Origin: an uncultured Sphingobium sp.
Lineage (GTDB): Bacteria > Pseudomonadota > Alphaproteobacteria > Sphingomonadales > Sphingomonadaceae
Length of the DNA: 42,518 nt
Direction of reading: 5' to 3'
Assembly: GCA_964408525.1 (NCBI GenBank)
Contig: CAYOZY010000001.1
Span: 1 to 42,518 of the forward strand
Shown here piece after piece: positions 17,675 through 27,730 of the stretch. The position numbers and the translations under genes are program-made. The notes beneath the pieces are model-generated. The model had not been told where the DNA came from. It saw nothing but the letters and a program-made list of their open reading frames with translations, and made no database searches. Position 1 is the stretch's first letter. Each line of letters starts with the position of its first letter.

Positions 17675-18358
17675 TCATTCATCCCCGGTCGGTTTGGGCA
17701 GCAGCAGCGCCAGCAATATCGCGCGGCATTCGCCGCAGATGATGCCGTCGATCATTTCCGGGCGGAAGCGGCGCTGGAACGCGCGCACCGCCGCCTCCGG
17801 CTCCTTGATGTCATAGCCGAAGCGTTCGAGCGCCAGCATGAAGGCGCTGTCGGACCAAAGCGGGTCCATCAGATGCTTGGTGGGGCGGGGCAGCGCGAGC
17901 CGCAGCCGCGCGAGCTTTGCCCAAGGGAACAGCTCGCCGGGGTCGAGTTTGCGGTCGGGCGCGACATCGCTGTGGCCGACGATATTGCCGCGGGTGATGC
18001 CGTGGCGCGTAACGATCTCGTGCACAAGCGGGATCAGCGCCTCGATCTGCGCGTCGGGAAATTCGCGATAGCCCCATTCATGGCCGGGATTGACGATCTC
18101 TATGCCGATGCTCGCGGAATTGACGTCGCTGATGCCGCGCCACCAGCTCTTGCCCGCGTGCCAGGCGCGCTTGTCCTCCGCCACCATGCGGACGATCTCG
18201 CCCTCCTCGGTCACGACATAGTGCGCGGAGACCTTCGATTCCGGGTTGGCGAGCCAGTCGATCGCGCTCTGCGCATCGGGCATGCCGGTATAGTGCAATA
18301 CCAGCATCGTCACCGGCAGCTTGCGTTCGTCGAAATTGGGCGACAGCCTCTCGATCAC
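17675..18358 (-). CDS. N-acetylmuramoyl-L-alanine amidase (Amidase_2, AmpD/AmiD-like)
   Basis: LVLHYTGM, VSAHYVV, RAWHAG, SIGIEIVN, GHSDVAPDRKLDPG. Confidence 0.93.
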   Translation of the reverse strand: MIERLSPNFDERKLPVTMLVLHYTGMPDAQSAIDWLANPESKVSAHYVVTEEGEIVRMVAEDKRAWHAGKSWWRGISDVNSASIGIEIVNPGHEWGYREFPDAQIEALIPLVHEIVTRHGITRGNIVGHSDVAPDRKLDPGELFPWAKLARLRLALPRPTKHLMDPLWSDSAFMLALERFGYDIKEPEAAVRAFQRRFRPEMIDGIICGECRAILLALLLPKPTGDE

Positions 18359-18462
18359 CTGTTGGTTCCGCCTCGATCCGGTTCTTCATTCTGACAGACG
18401 GGCGAACATGACGAACAAAGCGGGGCCGATCAAGCCGCGAATGAATTTGTGCCGGGCGCGGC

Positions 18463-19320
18463 TCAGATGTTGGCGCCAAGGACCGAAGGGTCGATCCGTT
18501 CATAGACGCCGCGATGGCGCTGGCTGGCCGTGAAATCCACGCTGTGGCCGATCACTGTCTCACCCGCGCCGAGCAGCAGGAAGCCGCCCACCGCGCTATG
18601 GCTCGCCAATGTCGCCAAAAGCTGTTTCTTGCGTTCGGGCGAGAAGTAGAGAAGGACATTGCGGCAGAGGACGAGGTCATATTCACCCGCCGGAGCCTTC
18701 GGGCCGAAAAGATTGTCGACGCGGAAGTCGATCATTTCCTGGATCGCCGGGTGTACGCGCCACAAATCCCCTTCGGGTTCCATCCACTTCAGCAGATCGT
18801 TGATCGCGAGGCCGCGCTGCACTTCCATCTGGGGTATCAGGCCCGATCGCGCCCGCTCGATCGCGGTGCTCGACACATCTGTGGCGAGTATCTTCATGCG
18901 CCAGTCGGGCCATGCCTGCGCGTGATTGTGGAACATCATCGCCAGCGAATAGGCCTCCTGCCCGGTGGAGCATCCCGCGCACCAGAGGCGCAATACCCGG
19001 CTGCGCCCACGTGCTTCGGCTTGCCGGATGAACTCCGGCAAAACGTCGCGCGCCAACAACTGGAAGATATGGGCATCGCGGAAGAAGCTGGTCTCGTTGT
19101 TGAGCAGGGCGTTTACCACCTGCGTCGCCAGCTCTCCTCGCGGTTCCGGCCCAATCCGCGCGGCCAGTTCGTCCAGTGTGGCGAGACCATGGGCTCGCAG
19201 AGTCGGCTTCAGCGAAGTTTCGAGGCGCCAGAGCCGGTTGTCCGACAAGGTCTGGCCCGTCCGGCCTTCCAGAACGGAGGCCAATATGCGCATCGGGGGA
19301 GTGAGCGTACATTCTTTCAT
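18463..19320 (-). CDS. cheR: Chemotaxis methyltransferase CheR
   Basis: NNETSFFRD, WCAGCSTGQEAYS, CRNVLLYF; ATG overlaps the cheB stop. Confidence 0.93.
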   Translation of the reverse strand: MKECTLTPPMRILASVLEGRTGQTLSDNRLWRLETSLKPTLRAHGLATLDELAARIGPEPRGELATQVVNALLNNETSFFRDAHIFQLLARDVLPEFIRQAEARGRSRVLRLWCAGCSTGQEAYSLAMMFHNHAQAWPDWRMKILATDVSSTAIERARSGLIPQMEVQRGLAINDLLKWMEPEGDLWRVHPAIQEMIDFRVDNLFGPKAPAGEYDLVLCRNVLLYFSPERKKQLLATLASHSAVGGFLLLGAGETVIGHSVDFTASQRHRGVYERIDPSVLGANI

Positions 19321-20399
19321 GCTCCGCCCCCGCATTGGGCGCGGACATAGCCGAATATATGCTCCGGCCTCAAATTGGCGCTGGCCAGCCCCGCGCGAGA
19401 CACCGAGCCGGGCATGCCCCAGACCACGCTGCTTTCCCGATCCTGCGCGATGATGGCCCCGCCTGCCGCGACGATCTTGCGGGCTCCGGCGGTGCCGTCC
19501 CGCCCGATCCCGGTCAGCACGATGCCTAGCGCGCCGGCGCCATAGCTATCGGCAACACCGGAAAACATCCTGTTCACCGACGGGAGCGACAGCGTTTCCG
19601 GATCGCGGTCCGCGATCAGGTTTGCCCGCACTATCGTTCCCTGACGGACGCAGGAGAGGCTGTGGGTGCCCGGCGCTATGTAGATATGACCGGGCACCAA
19701 AATATCGCCGGAACTGGCCACCGAAACCGGGAGGTCGCTCATGCGCGCAACCTGTTGCGCATAATAGGGCGTAAATGGTTCGGGCAGATGTTGGGTCACC
19801 AATATCGGCGCATCGGGGACGCCATGCAGGCCCGCCAATAATTCGCCCAAGGTGTGGATGCCGCCGGTCGACGCGCCGATGGCGATGCATTGGGGCCGGA
19901 AGTCGCGCGGGAAGGCGCGGAAGATGACGGGTGAAGGAGCATCCTTGAGCGTGCGGAAGCGGCGTGAGGCGCCCATTTGCCGCAGCCGGGGAACAAGCGC
20001 TTCGGCATAGGCGGCGGTGTGGCCCCGCATGGGCTTGGCGATGGCGTCGCTGGCGCCGAGGGACATCGCGGCAACTGCTGTTTTGCTGCCTCGCTGGCAA
20101 TGGGAGGACAGCATGAGGACATGCGCGCCGCGAGCAGCCTCGATTATCTCCGGAAGGGCATCGAGACCCTTGCGCCCCGGCATTTCATGATCGAGCAGGA
20201 CGATGTCCACCGCATTATCGGCGAGAAAGCTCAACGCCTCGCTCGCCGATCCGGTCGCGCAGAGCAAATTGATGTCGGAATAAGGTTCGAGCATGCGCGC
20301 TACGAGCGAACGCATGACCGCGGAGTCATCTACGGTCAACACCCTCACCTGCGCCTGATTTGCCTTGGCCCAGGCGCTGGCGGGGGAAATTGCCGACAT
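19317..20399 (-). CDS. cheB: Chemotaxis response regulator methylesterase CheB
   Basis: Receiver domain plus GASTGG, TQHLP, LTGIGRDG, WGMPG. Confidence 0.93.
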   Translation of the reverse strand: MSAISPASAWAKANQAQVRVLTVDDSAVMRSLVARMLEPYSDINLLCATGSASEALSFLADNAVDIVLLDHEMPGRKGLDALPEIIEAARGAHVLMLSSHCQRGSKTAVAAMSLGASDAIAKPMRGHTAAYAEALVPRLRQMGASRRFRTLKDAPSPVIFRAFPRDFRPQCIAIGASTGGIHTLGELLAGLHGVPDAPILVTQHLPEPFTPYYAQQVARMSDLPVSVASSGDILVPGHIYIAPGTHSLSCVRQGTIVRANLIADRDPETLSLPSVNRMFSGVADSYGAGALGIVLTGIGRDGTAGARKIVAAGGAIIAQDRESSVVWGMPGSVSRAGLASANLRPEHIFGYVRAQCGGGA

Positions 20400-20449
20400 G
20401 AGTGGCCCCGGAAGAAGAAAAGATGGAAAGGGTTGCGGCTATCCCGGCG

Positions 20450-20812
20450 TCAAAGGACGCCGACAATCTGCAACTTGCTCTCCAGCGTATCGCGATCGAA
20501 GGGCTTCATCACATATTCGTCCGCGCCGGCTTCCAGCGCCGCCTTGATGTGGCCGAGGCCATTTTCGGTGGTGCAGAAAATGACCTTGGGGCGCGAAGCC
20601 CTGGTGGCCGAAAGCTGTTGCAGAAATTCCATGCCGCTCATTACTGGCATGTTCCAGTCGAGCAGCACGACATCATGGTCGCTGCTCTGGCACTGGGCAA
20701 GTGCATCGCGGCCATCACATGCTTCCGACACCTTGATGTCAAGGGATTCGAGAATGTGGCGCGCGACCTTCCGGATGACTTTGGAATCATCCACCACCAG
20801 ACAATTTTTCAT
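20450..20812 (-). CDS. cheY: CheY-like single-domain response regulator
   Basis: VVDDS, LLDWNMP, MKPF; inside the che cluster. Confidence 0.9.
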   Translation of the reverse strand: MKNCLVVDDSKVIRKVARHILESLDIKVSEACDGRDALAQCQSSDHDVVLLDWNMPVMSGMEFLQQLSATRASRPKVIFCTTENGLGHIKAALEAGADEYVMKPFDRDTLESKLQIVGVL

Positions 20813-20885
20813 AGCGTTTACCTCGGATAACGTCCTCGTCAGATCATTATAGGATACAATGCTGAGCGAAACGTAAACGCGCAGG

Positions 20886-21344
20886 TCAGGCAGCGTGCGC
20901 GTTCATGCATCCTTCCATGAAGGCGGCGACCGACATCAGAAAATGGGGTTTTCCCATATATTCAATGACATTGCGGGCATAGGGTTGCCACGCCGCATCC
21001 ATTTGTCCACAGATCGGAAGGGGGTGCGACTCGATGGTCTGGATGTCGTCTACACCGTCGACCAGGATGCCGTAGCTGTGTCCGCTGATGTCGCAGACGA
21101 TCGCGTATCGATCCGCTTTGGGGCCAGATTCGCTGTCCGCTTCCGCCCCTCGCCCGCCGAGAATGAGGGCTTGCGCGTCTATGATGGTGAGTACGCGGCT
21201 GCGGAGCGCGGAAAGACCTGCCACATGGCCCGGAACGCCGGGGATGGGCGACAGTTCGCTAAGGCGGACGACCGCCTCCACCTCGTCGGTGAGAATGGCG
21301 ACCGGGGTTCCGGCGATCCGCGCGAAAAGATACAGCCCGCTCAT
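20886..21344 (-). CDS. cheW: Chemotaxis adaptor CheW
   Basis: PIPGVPGHVAGLSALRSRVLTIID, YGILVDGV. Confidence 0.88.
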   Translation of the reverse strand: MSGLYLFARIAGTPVAILTDEVEAVVRLSELSPIPGVPGHVAGLSALRSRVLTIIDAQALILGGRGAEADSESGPKADRYAIVCDISGHSYGILVDGVDDIQTIESHPLPICGQMDAAWQPYARNVIEYMGKPHFLMSVAAFMEGCMNAHAA

Positions 21345-23761
21345 GCGACGATCCTTTGTCCGGCGAAGGAAGAAATAGCGCTGAGCAATGCCTCGCGATC
21401 ATAGCGATAGATGCTGTCGTCGTCCGGCCCGGACGGCTGGCTGCTGCGGCGCAACCGCACCACCGGCGTGGCGGTAACGGGCGATGACGGCGGAGTGTTT
21501 TCGGAGGTCAGCACCATCACGGCTCCAGCATCGGCCGCGGCCCGCTCGTTCGCCTCGCCATGCCAGATCACATCATAGCCCGCCTGCCACAGCAGCGGCG
21601 CCAATATCTCGCGGTTCCAGCCGTCCTCGCCATCGAGGATCACATGCGGGAGGTCGCCTCCCCGCGCCTGAGCCTCGTCGATCTCTCCGTCCGCGAGCAG
21701 CGTCAGGCTATCGACCACTTCGACCTGCTTCCCTTCGACGAGGATCAACCCGGCGACGATGCCGTGACGCGCCGACATATCGAGCGCTGCGGGAAGTTCG
21801 TCGATGTCGACCACCGCGCGGATGGGATAGCAAAGCTCGCGCAGGTCGTCGCGGATGCGCAGGCACGTGACATCCATCCCGGTGGTTGCCGCGATGTCCG
21901 CCATCGAGACATGAGAAACACAGGGCACCAGCTTGCCGCCGATCGTGACATGAAGCCTGCCCGCAAAAGAACCGAAGCTCGCGACGGCAACATCCTCAAC
22001 CCGCTCCACCAGCGCCAGCCGGATGATCCGCTCCTCTCCACCCAGCTCGGTGAAGCGCAGGCCGGACCATGTTTCGTGATGCTCGGCATGCTCCGCGCCG
22101 ATGGCGCTGGCCGCTTCGACCGTTTCCGCAATGAGAGGCAGCTCCGCCGCCTGCGCGATGCCGCCCGCATCGAGCAGCAGCATCGGATGGCCGTTGTCGG
22201 GCAGGGTCATGCCGGCATAGATGCCCGCCGCCATCACGACCGGAGCCGCCGGCCGGATGACAAGTTCCTCATGATTTTCGACATGGCTGACGCCCAGAAT
22301 ATAGGGTTTTCCGCTGGCCGAGCGCACCAGCATGAGCGTGCGCGCGCCGGGGCGCTCTATTTTCGGCAGGCCGATGACCGTTTCGAGATCGATCATCGAA
22401 TAGCGCATGCCGCGGATCGTGGCGGTCAGGCCGCCGCCCAGGCTGACAACCGAAACCGTCGGATTGTTGTCGTGCAGGATCTCGACGACCGCGGAGCGCG
22501 GGATCGCGAAATTCAGTCCGCCCGCGCTCAATATGAGGCCGGGAATGATGGTGAGCGTGAGCGGAACGCGCATGGTGATCGTCAGGCCCTTGCCCATCTC
22601 GCTCGCCAACGAGATGACGCCGCCGATGCGCTCGATATTGGCACGCACGACATCCATGCCCACGCCGCGCCCCGATATGGCGGTGATCGAATCCGCGGTC
22701 GAAAGGCCGGGAGTGAAGATGAGGTCGAGCCGTGCCTGCGAGCTGAGATGGCTGGCATCCTGCGCGGACATGATGCCCGCCGCCACAACCTTCGCCACGA
22801 CCTTGTCGACATTGATGCCGCGCCCGTCGTCAGTGACTTCGATCACGATCTGGCTGCCCGACTGGCGTGCGGAAACCCTCAGTGTGCCAGCAGGCGGCTT
22901 GCCCGCAGCAATCCGCTCGTCAGGGGATTCTATCCCATGGTCGATGCTGTTGCGGACTATATGGGTGAGGGGATCGACGACCATCTCGACCATCTCGCGA
23001 TCCATTTCGACATCGCCGCCTTCGAGCACGAGATCGATAGTCTTGCCAAGATCGCGGCCAAGATCGCGCACCATGCGCGGGATGGCGACAAACAGCCGGT
23101 CGACGCGCTGCATCCGGGTCTTTGAAATGGTGTCGCGCATGTCGGCGATGCAAGCGGAAAGGCGTTCGAACGAGGTTTCCAGCTCCGGGTCCGGATCGTT
23201 CGTGCGCAGCTTGCGCGAAAGTTCGTTGCGGGCGAGCACCATGTCGGAAACGCCGTTCATCAACTGGTCGATCAGCGTCAGAGGCAGGCGGATGGTGCGC
23301 GATGCACCGCCCAAGCGCGGCTGGCCATCGGGCTGGGCCGCCATATTTTCCGGGCCGGCTTCCTCGCCTGTCCCCCTGGCCTTCGCCATGCGGAAACTGT
23401 GACGCAGGGTCTCGATCAGGTGATCGTCATTCTCCTGCGGCAAGGATTCACCGACCGCGACTGCCGCGCACAGCTCCGCGATGCGGTCCATGACGGCGAG
23501 CACGGCGCTGATCGTCGCACCGTCCGGCACGCTGTCGCCTTCGCGAAATTCCGACAGGACATCTTCTGCGGCATGGCTGAGTTTTTCGAAGCGGGGCAGG
23601 TTCAGAAAGCCGCAACTGCCCTTGACGGTATGAAAAAAACGGAAAAGCTCGTCGAGCAGCGCGCGGTCCGACGGGTCGATTTCCAGCGCCACCACCACAT
23701 TGGCGAGCGCTTCCAGCGACTCCTCGGTTTCGGCAACAAATTCAGATAACAGCTCGTCCAT
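21341..23761 (-). CDS. cheA: Chemotaxis histidine kinase CheA
   Basis: Hpt HTVKG, HIVRNSIDHGIE, DDGRG, SGRGVGMDVV, CheW-like domains. Confidence 0.95.
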   Translation of the reverse strand: MDELLSEFVAETEESLEALANVVVALEIDPSDRALLDELFRFFHTVKGSCGFLNLPRFEKLSHAAEDVLSEFREGDSVPDGATISAVLAVMDRIAELCAAVAVGESLPQENDDHLIETLRHSFRMAKARGTGEEAGPENMAAQPDGQPRLGGASRTIRLPLTLIDQLMNGVSDMVLARNELSRKLRTNDPDPELETSFERLSACIADMRDTISKTRMQRVDRLFVAIPRMVRDLGRDLGKTIDLVLEGGDVEMDREMVEMVVDPLTHIVRNSIDHGIESPDERIAAGKPPAGTLRVSARQSGSQIVIEVTDDGRGINVDKVVAKVVAAGIMSAQDASHLSSQARLDLIFTPGLSTADSITAISGRGVGMDVVRANIERIGGVISLASEMGKGLTITMRVPLTLTIIPGLILSAGGLNFAIPRSAVVEILHDNNPTVSVVSLGGGLTATIRGMRYSMIDLETVIGLPKIERPGARTLMLVRSASGKPYILGVSHVENHEELVIRPAAPVVMAAGIYAGMTLPDNGHPMLLLDAGGIAQAAELPLIAETVEAASAIGAEHAEHHETWSGLRFTELGGEERIIRLALVERVEDVAVASFGSFAGRLHVTIGGKLVPCVSHVSMADIAATTGMDVTCLRIRDDLRELCYPIRAVVDIDELPAALDMSARHGIVAGLILVEGKQVEVVDSLTLLADGEIDEAQARGGDLPHVILDGEDGWNREILAPLLWQAGYDVIWHGEANERAAADAGAVMVLTSENTPPSSPVTATPVVRLRRSSQPSGPDDDSIYRYDREALLSAISSFAGQRIVA

Positions 23762-23806
23762 GGTCCGCCCGCGAAAGGTTTCGCGCCGGATAATCAGCCG
23801 AACATG

Positions 23807-23822
23807 GTTAATTCGGCGTTAA
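23807..23822 (-). promoter_or_regulatory. CtrA-binding box upstream of cheA
   Basis: Minus strand TTAA-CGCCGAA-TTAAC, an exact TTAA-N7-TTAAC consensus about 45 bp upstream of cheA. Confidence 0.8.
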
Positions 23823-23869
23823 AAACCGCAAAAGCCGGAGCTTTATCCCACACAAGCGGTTGTAGAAAC

Positions 23870-24535
23870 CTACTCCGGAAGCTGGGCGCCGAACACCAGC
23901 GCCGGCTCGCCTGCATCCGAGAGCATCATCTGGCCGCCCGCGCGTTCGACAAGCTGGCGCGCCATCCACGCGGCGGCGGAGCGCGACGACAGCGCCCCCT
24001 CGCCCAATTGCCCGGAGAGCGCCGCGCGCAATTCCTCGTCCAGCACAATTTTCTGGCCTTGCGCGCGCACTGCGATTTCCGTGCCGTTTGCGCCTGCTTC
24101 CGCGCCGATGTCCAGCTGGCCGCCGCGTACCAGCGCATCGCCCGCGATCAGCGCGAGATTGAGCAATATCTTGGCGGCGCGCTTGTCGAGCGTATCGGCG
24201 CCGACCAGCCAGCCGATCTTGACGCGTCCGGACGCGGCGAACATGCCTTCGATCGCCTGTTTCGCCTCCGCCGCCGGGATGCTCTCGCCGAACCCGCCAG
24301 CCGATCCGAAGGCGAGGCGGAAGAATTTGAGCTTGCTCGCCGATGTGCGTGCGCTTTCACTGAGCAGGTCGAGGCAGCGTTCGCGCATTTCCGGATCGGT
24401 TTCGTCGGCCATCAGTTCGAGGCCGTTGTTGAAGGCGCCGACTGGGCTGAGCAGGTCATGGCACAGGCGCGAACAGAGCAGCGCAGCAAAATCCATCACC
24501 GGATCGCTCCTGTCGGTTGCCGCTCGATCACTCAT
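23870..24535 (-). CDS. chpT: Histidine phosphotransferase ChpT
   Basis: LLCSRLCHDLLSPVGA and KLKFFRLAFG. Confidence 0.92.
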   Translation of the reverse strand: MSDRAATDRSDPVMDFAALLCSRLCHDLLSPVGAFNNGLELMADETDPEMRERCLDLLSESARTSASKLKFFRLAFGSAGGFGESIPAAEAKQAIEGMFAASGRVKIGWLVGADTLDKRAAKILLNLALIAGDALVRGGQLDIGAEAGANGTEIAVRAQGQKIVLDEELRAALSGQLGEGALSSRSAAAWMARQLVERAGGQMMLSDAGEPALVFGAQLPE

Positions 24536-24646
24536 ATCTTCAGCCCCGTCCCTTTAGCCCCTGTCGCCTGGCGCATGCATTGCCCCCCAGACTGCCAGTC
24601 GTCTTTGCCGTCATGACGCCACGGATGCAAGGATAATGCAGGCTGT

Positions 24647-25060
24647 TTATGGTTGCTCTTCGACCATAATGGCACAGACGGCGAAGCGGTCATGCAACCC
24701 TTCGTCGCCCGCCTTCCAAAGTGAATAACTGCCGGACGGCCCGCAAATAAGCCATAGCGCGCCATCCGCCAGCGCCGTCTCCGCGTCGCACACCGATGGC
24801 CTCACATCGCTGCCGGGGTGCGAATGATAATGCCCCAGCACCTTCGGCCCGTCGCTGCGCGCTGCCTTATGCGCTGCGATCAGCGCGGCCGGGTCGATCT
24901 CGAAACGGCGGCGAGGGTCCGCCGCGACATTGGCGGTCTCTCGTGCTTCCGTGATCTGATCGCCATGTCCCAACAGCAACCCGCATGCTTCGGTTTCGGG
25001 CGATGCCGCCGCGAGATCCAATATGCGGTTGAGCACCTCTCTTGATATGCGAATGGCCAT
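24647..25060 (-). CDS. JAB/MPN (Mov34, M67) metallopeptidase domain protein
   Basis: EACGLLLG...FEIDP...YHSHP...PSVCD JAMM motif; ATG at 25060. Confidence 0.88.
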   Translation of the reverse strand: MAIRISREVLNRILDLAAASPETEACGLLLGHGDQITEARETANVAADPRRRFEIDPAALIAAHKAARSDGPKVLGHYHSHPGSDVRPSVCDAETALADGALWLICGPSGSYSLWKAGDEGLHDRFAVCAIMVEEQP

Positions 25061-25077
25061 CCCCACATGTCTAGCCG

Positions 25078-26037
25078 ATGGGGGAACAAGATTCCATATT
25101 GACCGCCGTGGTCGATCCGGGCCTGGCCGGGGCGCGGCTCGACAAGGCGCTTGCCGGGCTTGTGCCCGCGCTTTCGCGAGAGCGTCTGAAAGCCTTGATC
25201 CTCGAAGGGCAGGTTTCAAGCGAATGCGGCGAGCCGGTGCGCGACCCGGCACTCAAGGTGGTGGAAGGGCAGAGCTTTTCCGTTGCTTTGCCCGCCCCTG
25301 CTCCCGCCGATGCACAGGCGCAGGATATACCGCTCACTGTCGTTTTCGAAGACGCGCATCTCGTCGTCGTCGACAAGCCCGCAGGTTTGGTCGTTCACCC
25401 GGCGGCGGGCAATCTTGACGGAACCCTCGTCAATGCGCTGCTGCATCATTGCAAAGGCAGCCTGTCCGGCATTGGCGGCGTTGCGAGACCCGGTATCGTT
25501 CACCGCATCGACAAGGATACATCGGGGCTGCTGGTGGTCGCGAAAAGCGATGCCGCGCATGAAGGGCTTGCCGCCCAGTTCAAGGACCACAGCATTTCGC
25601 GCCGCTATCTTGCGATAGTGCGCGGAGTGCCTGCGCCACCTGCAGGCACGGTCGATACATGGATCGGGCGTTCGACCCGCGACCGCAAGAAAATGGCGGT
25701 GCAGATTGAAGGGCGCGGCAAGCACGCCGTCACCCATTATCGCACGATCGAGCCATTGCGCGGTTCCGCGCTGGTCGAGTGCAGGCTGGAGACCGGCCGC
25801 ACCCATCAGGTGCGCGTGCATATGAGCCATATCGGCCATACGCTGCTCGGCGATCCGGTCTATGGCGGACGGAGTGGAAGAAAGCGTCACGATGGACCAG
25901 TAAAGCAATCCTTGCGGCGTCAGGCATTGCACGCCGCCGCGCTGGGGTTTATTCATCCTATAACGGTTGAAAGGCTCGATTTCGAAAGTTCGTTGCCTGC
26001 GGATATGCAGGAACTGTTAAGCCAGCTTCGCGTATAG
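25078..26037 (+). CDS. rluD: RluA-family pseudouridine synthase (RluD-like)
   Basis: S4-like N-terminus RLDKAL, KPAGLVVHP, HRIDKDTSG, TGRTHQVRVH. Confidence 0.92.
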   Translation: MGEQDSILTAVVDPGLAGARLDKALAGLVPALSRERLKALILEGQVSSECGEPVRDPALKVVEGQSFSVALPAPAPADAQAQDIPLTVVFEDAHLVVVDKPAGLVVHPAAGNLDGTLVNALLHHCKGSLSGIGGVARPGIVHRIDKDTSGLLVVAKSDAAHEGLAAQFKDHSISRRYLAIVRGVPAPPAGTVDTWIGRSTRDRKKMAVQIEGRGKHAVTHYRTIEPLRGSALVECRLETGRTHQVRVHMSHIGHTLLGDPVYGGRSGRKRHDGPVKQSLRRQALHAAALGFIHPITVERLDFESSLPADMQELLSQLRV

Positions 26038-26102
26038 GTTGCTGGTGGTGTTAATGCCGTTGCCCGACAGGGGACGGCGAGGAAGGGACCAGGGTAGGAT
26101 AC

Positions 26103-27005
26103 ATGGCCAATAACAGCACATCGAAGGCGGTTGTCCCCGCATTGGGGAGCGACGCCAGCCTCAACCGCTATCTCGCGGAAATCCGCAAGTTTCCGATATT
26201 GACGCCGGAGCAGGAATATATGCTCGCCAAGCGTTATCAGGAGCATCAGGACCCCGAAGCGGCGGCGCAACTCGTCACGTCGCACCTGCGCCTCGTCGCG
26301 AAGATCGCGATGGGCTATCGCGGCTATGGCCTGCCGGTCAGCGAGCTCATTTCCGAGGGCAATATCGGCCTGATGCAGGGCGTGAAAAAATTCGAGCCGG
26401 ATCGCGGCTTTCGTCTCGCCACCTATGCGATGTGGTGGATCAGGGCGTCGATCCAGGAATTCATCCTGCGCTCGTGGAGTCTCGTGAAGATGGGCACCAC
26501 GGCGGCGCAGAAAAAGCTGTTTTTCAACCTGCGGCGCATGAAGAACAATATCGAGGCGTTCGAGGACGGCGATCTTCACCCTGACGATGTGACGAAAATC
26601 GCCACCGATCTCGGCGTATCGGAGGACGAGGTCGTCAGCATGAACCGTCGCATGGCAATGGGCGGCGACACGTCATTGAACGTGCCGATGCGCGAAGATG
26701 GCGAAGGTCAGTGGCAGGATTGGCTGGCCGATGACGGTCCGTTGCAGGACGAGCGCGTGGCCGATGCGGAAGAGCGCGATATGCGCCATGATATGCTGCT
26801 TGAGGCGATGGACAGCCTCAACGAGCGCGAAAAGCATATCCTCGCCGAACGCCGTCTCGCCGAAGAACCGAAAACGCTGGAGGAACTGAGCCAAGTCTAT
26901 GGCGTATCGCGTGAGCGGGTCCGCCAGATCGAGGTGCGGGCCTTCGAAAAGCTGCAAAAGGCGATGATGCGAATCGCGGGCGATCGTCGGCTTTTGCCGG
27001 CCTGA
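26103..27005 (+). CDS. rpoH: RNA polymerase sigma-32 factor
   Basis: Sigma region 2 FRLATYAMWWIRA, RpoH box QKKLFFNLR, region 4 SRERVRQIE. Confidence 0.97.
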   Translation: MANNSTSKAVVPALGSDASLNRYLAEIRKFPILTPEQEYMLAKRYQEHQDPEAAAQLVTSHLRLVAKIAMGYRGYGLPVSELISEGNIGLMQGVKKFEPDRGFRLATYAMWWIRASIQEFILRSWSLVKMGTTAAQKKLFFNLRRMKNNIEAFEDGDLHPDDVTKIATDLGVSEDEVVSMNRRMAMGGDTSLNVPMREDGEGQWQDWLADDGPLQDERVADAEERDMRHDMLLEAMDSLNEREKHILAERRLAEEPKTLEELSQVYGVSRERVRQIEVRAFEKLQKAMMRIAGDRRLLPA

Positions 27006-27051
27006 TGGTCGGCGCCGCGTCGGGGGTGGGCTGGCACCCCTTTGATTATGC

Positions 27052-27087
27052 ATAAAAAACCCGGCACCCCCTGAGAGGCACCGGGCC
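27052..27087 (-). terminator. Minus-strand intrinsic terminator in the intergenic region downstream of rpoH
   Basis: Minus strand CCCGGTGCCTC-tcag-GGGGTGCCGGG-TTTTTT; the G-U pairs form only on the minus-strand transcript. Confidence 0.65.
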
Positions 27088-27223
27088 AGAAGATGGGGGA
27101 TCTTGAATGTCCATCCCATCGGGTCGCACCCGTTTTATGGTCGCGTGAACATTAATTTTACATGACTCGGCCCCGGAATACCGGGGTTTTGCATTGGTCG
27201 CGCGCTGAGCCTATATAGAGCCG

Positions 27224-27730
27224 ATGCCCATTCTCCCTCGCCCAGCCTCTCCGCGCAGCGCCTTTGAAGATTTGCGCAATTATCTGTTTGAACGCCGCGC
27301 GCATAAATGGCCGCTGCTCGGCCTTTCGGTCGCCATCACATGGGTGATCATCTGGGCGTTTCTTGTCGACGCCAACACCAATACCATGCCCAGGCGCAAC
27401 CAGATCTTCTATGTCCAGAGCTGGGCGGCCGATCGATCCGACACGGCAGTCATCCTGCAGCAAAAACTGGACCTCGCGGAGCGCGAATTGTTGCTGCGCA
27501 AGAAGCAGGGGGAGATGCAGAAAGTCGCCGATGCCTTTGGCGTCGAATGGCGCGACGAGGCGAAACGCAATGACGCGCGCCGCGCCGAGGCGCTGAAATA
27601 CTGGAACGCGGAACTGGACCGCAGGCTCGCCAGGGCGCAGGCGAAAGAGCGGCAAGCGGGAGGCGCGGGGGATGCGCCTTCGTCCGTCGCTGCCCCCATC
27701 GGTCCGCCTGCTTCTGCCAAGACCGAATGA
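27224..27730 (+). CDS. Hypothetical single-pass membrane protein
   Basis: One TM segment plus a helical domain; stop overlaps the ribD start. Confidence 0.75.
   Translation: MPILPRPASPRSAFEDLRNYLFERRAHKWPLLGLSVAITWVIIWAFLVDANTNTMPRRNQIFYVQSWAADRSDTAVILQQKLDLAERELLLRKKQGEMQKVADAFGVEWRDEAKRNDARRAEALKYWNAELDRRLARAQAKERQAGGAGDAPSSVAAPIGPPASAKTE

Noticed and set aside
24647-25060. JAB protein as part of a CBASS or ubiquitin-like defence system
   Set aside because: No cyclase, E1/E2 or ubiquitin-like gene nearby; host-like composition in a housekeeping context
27006-27223. FMN riboswitch ahead of the riboflavin operon
   Set aside because: No RFN consensus elements (such as AGGGCGGGGTGAAATTCCC) are visible, and the structure present is oriented on the opposite strand
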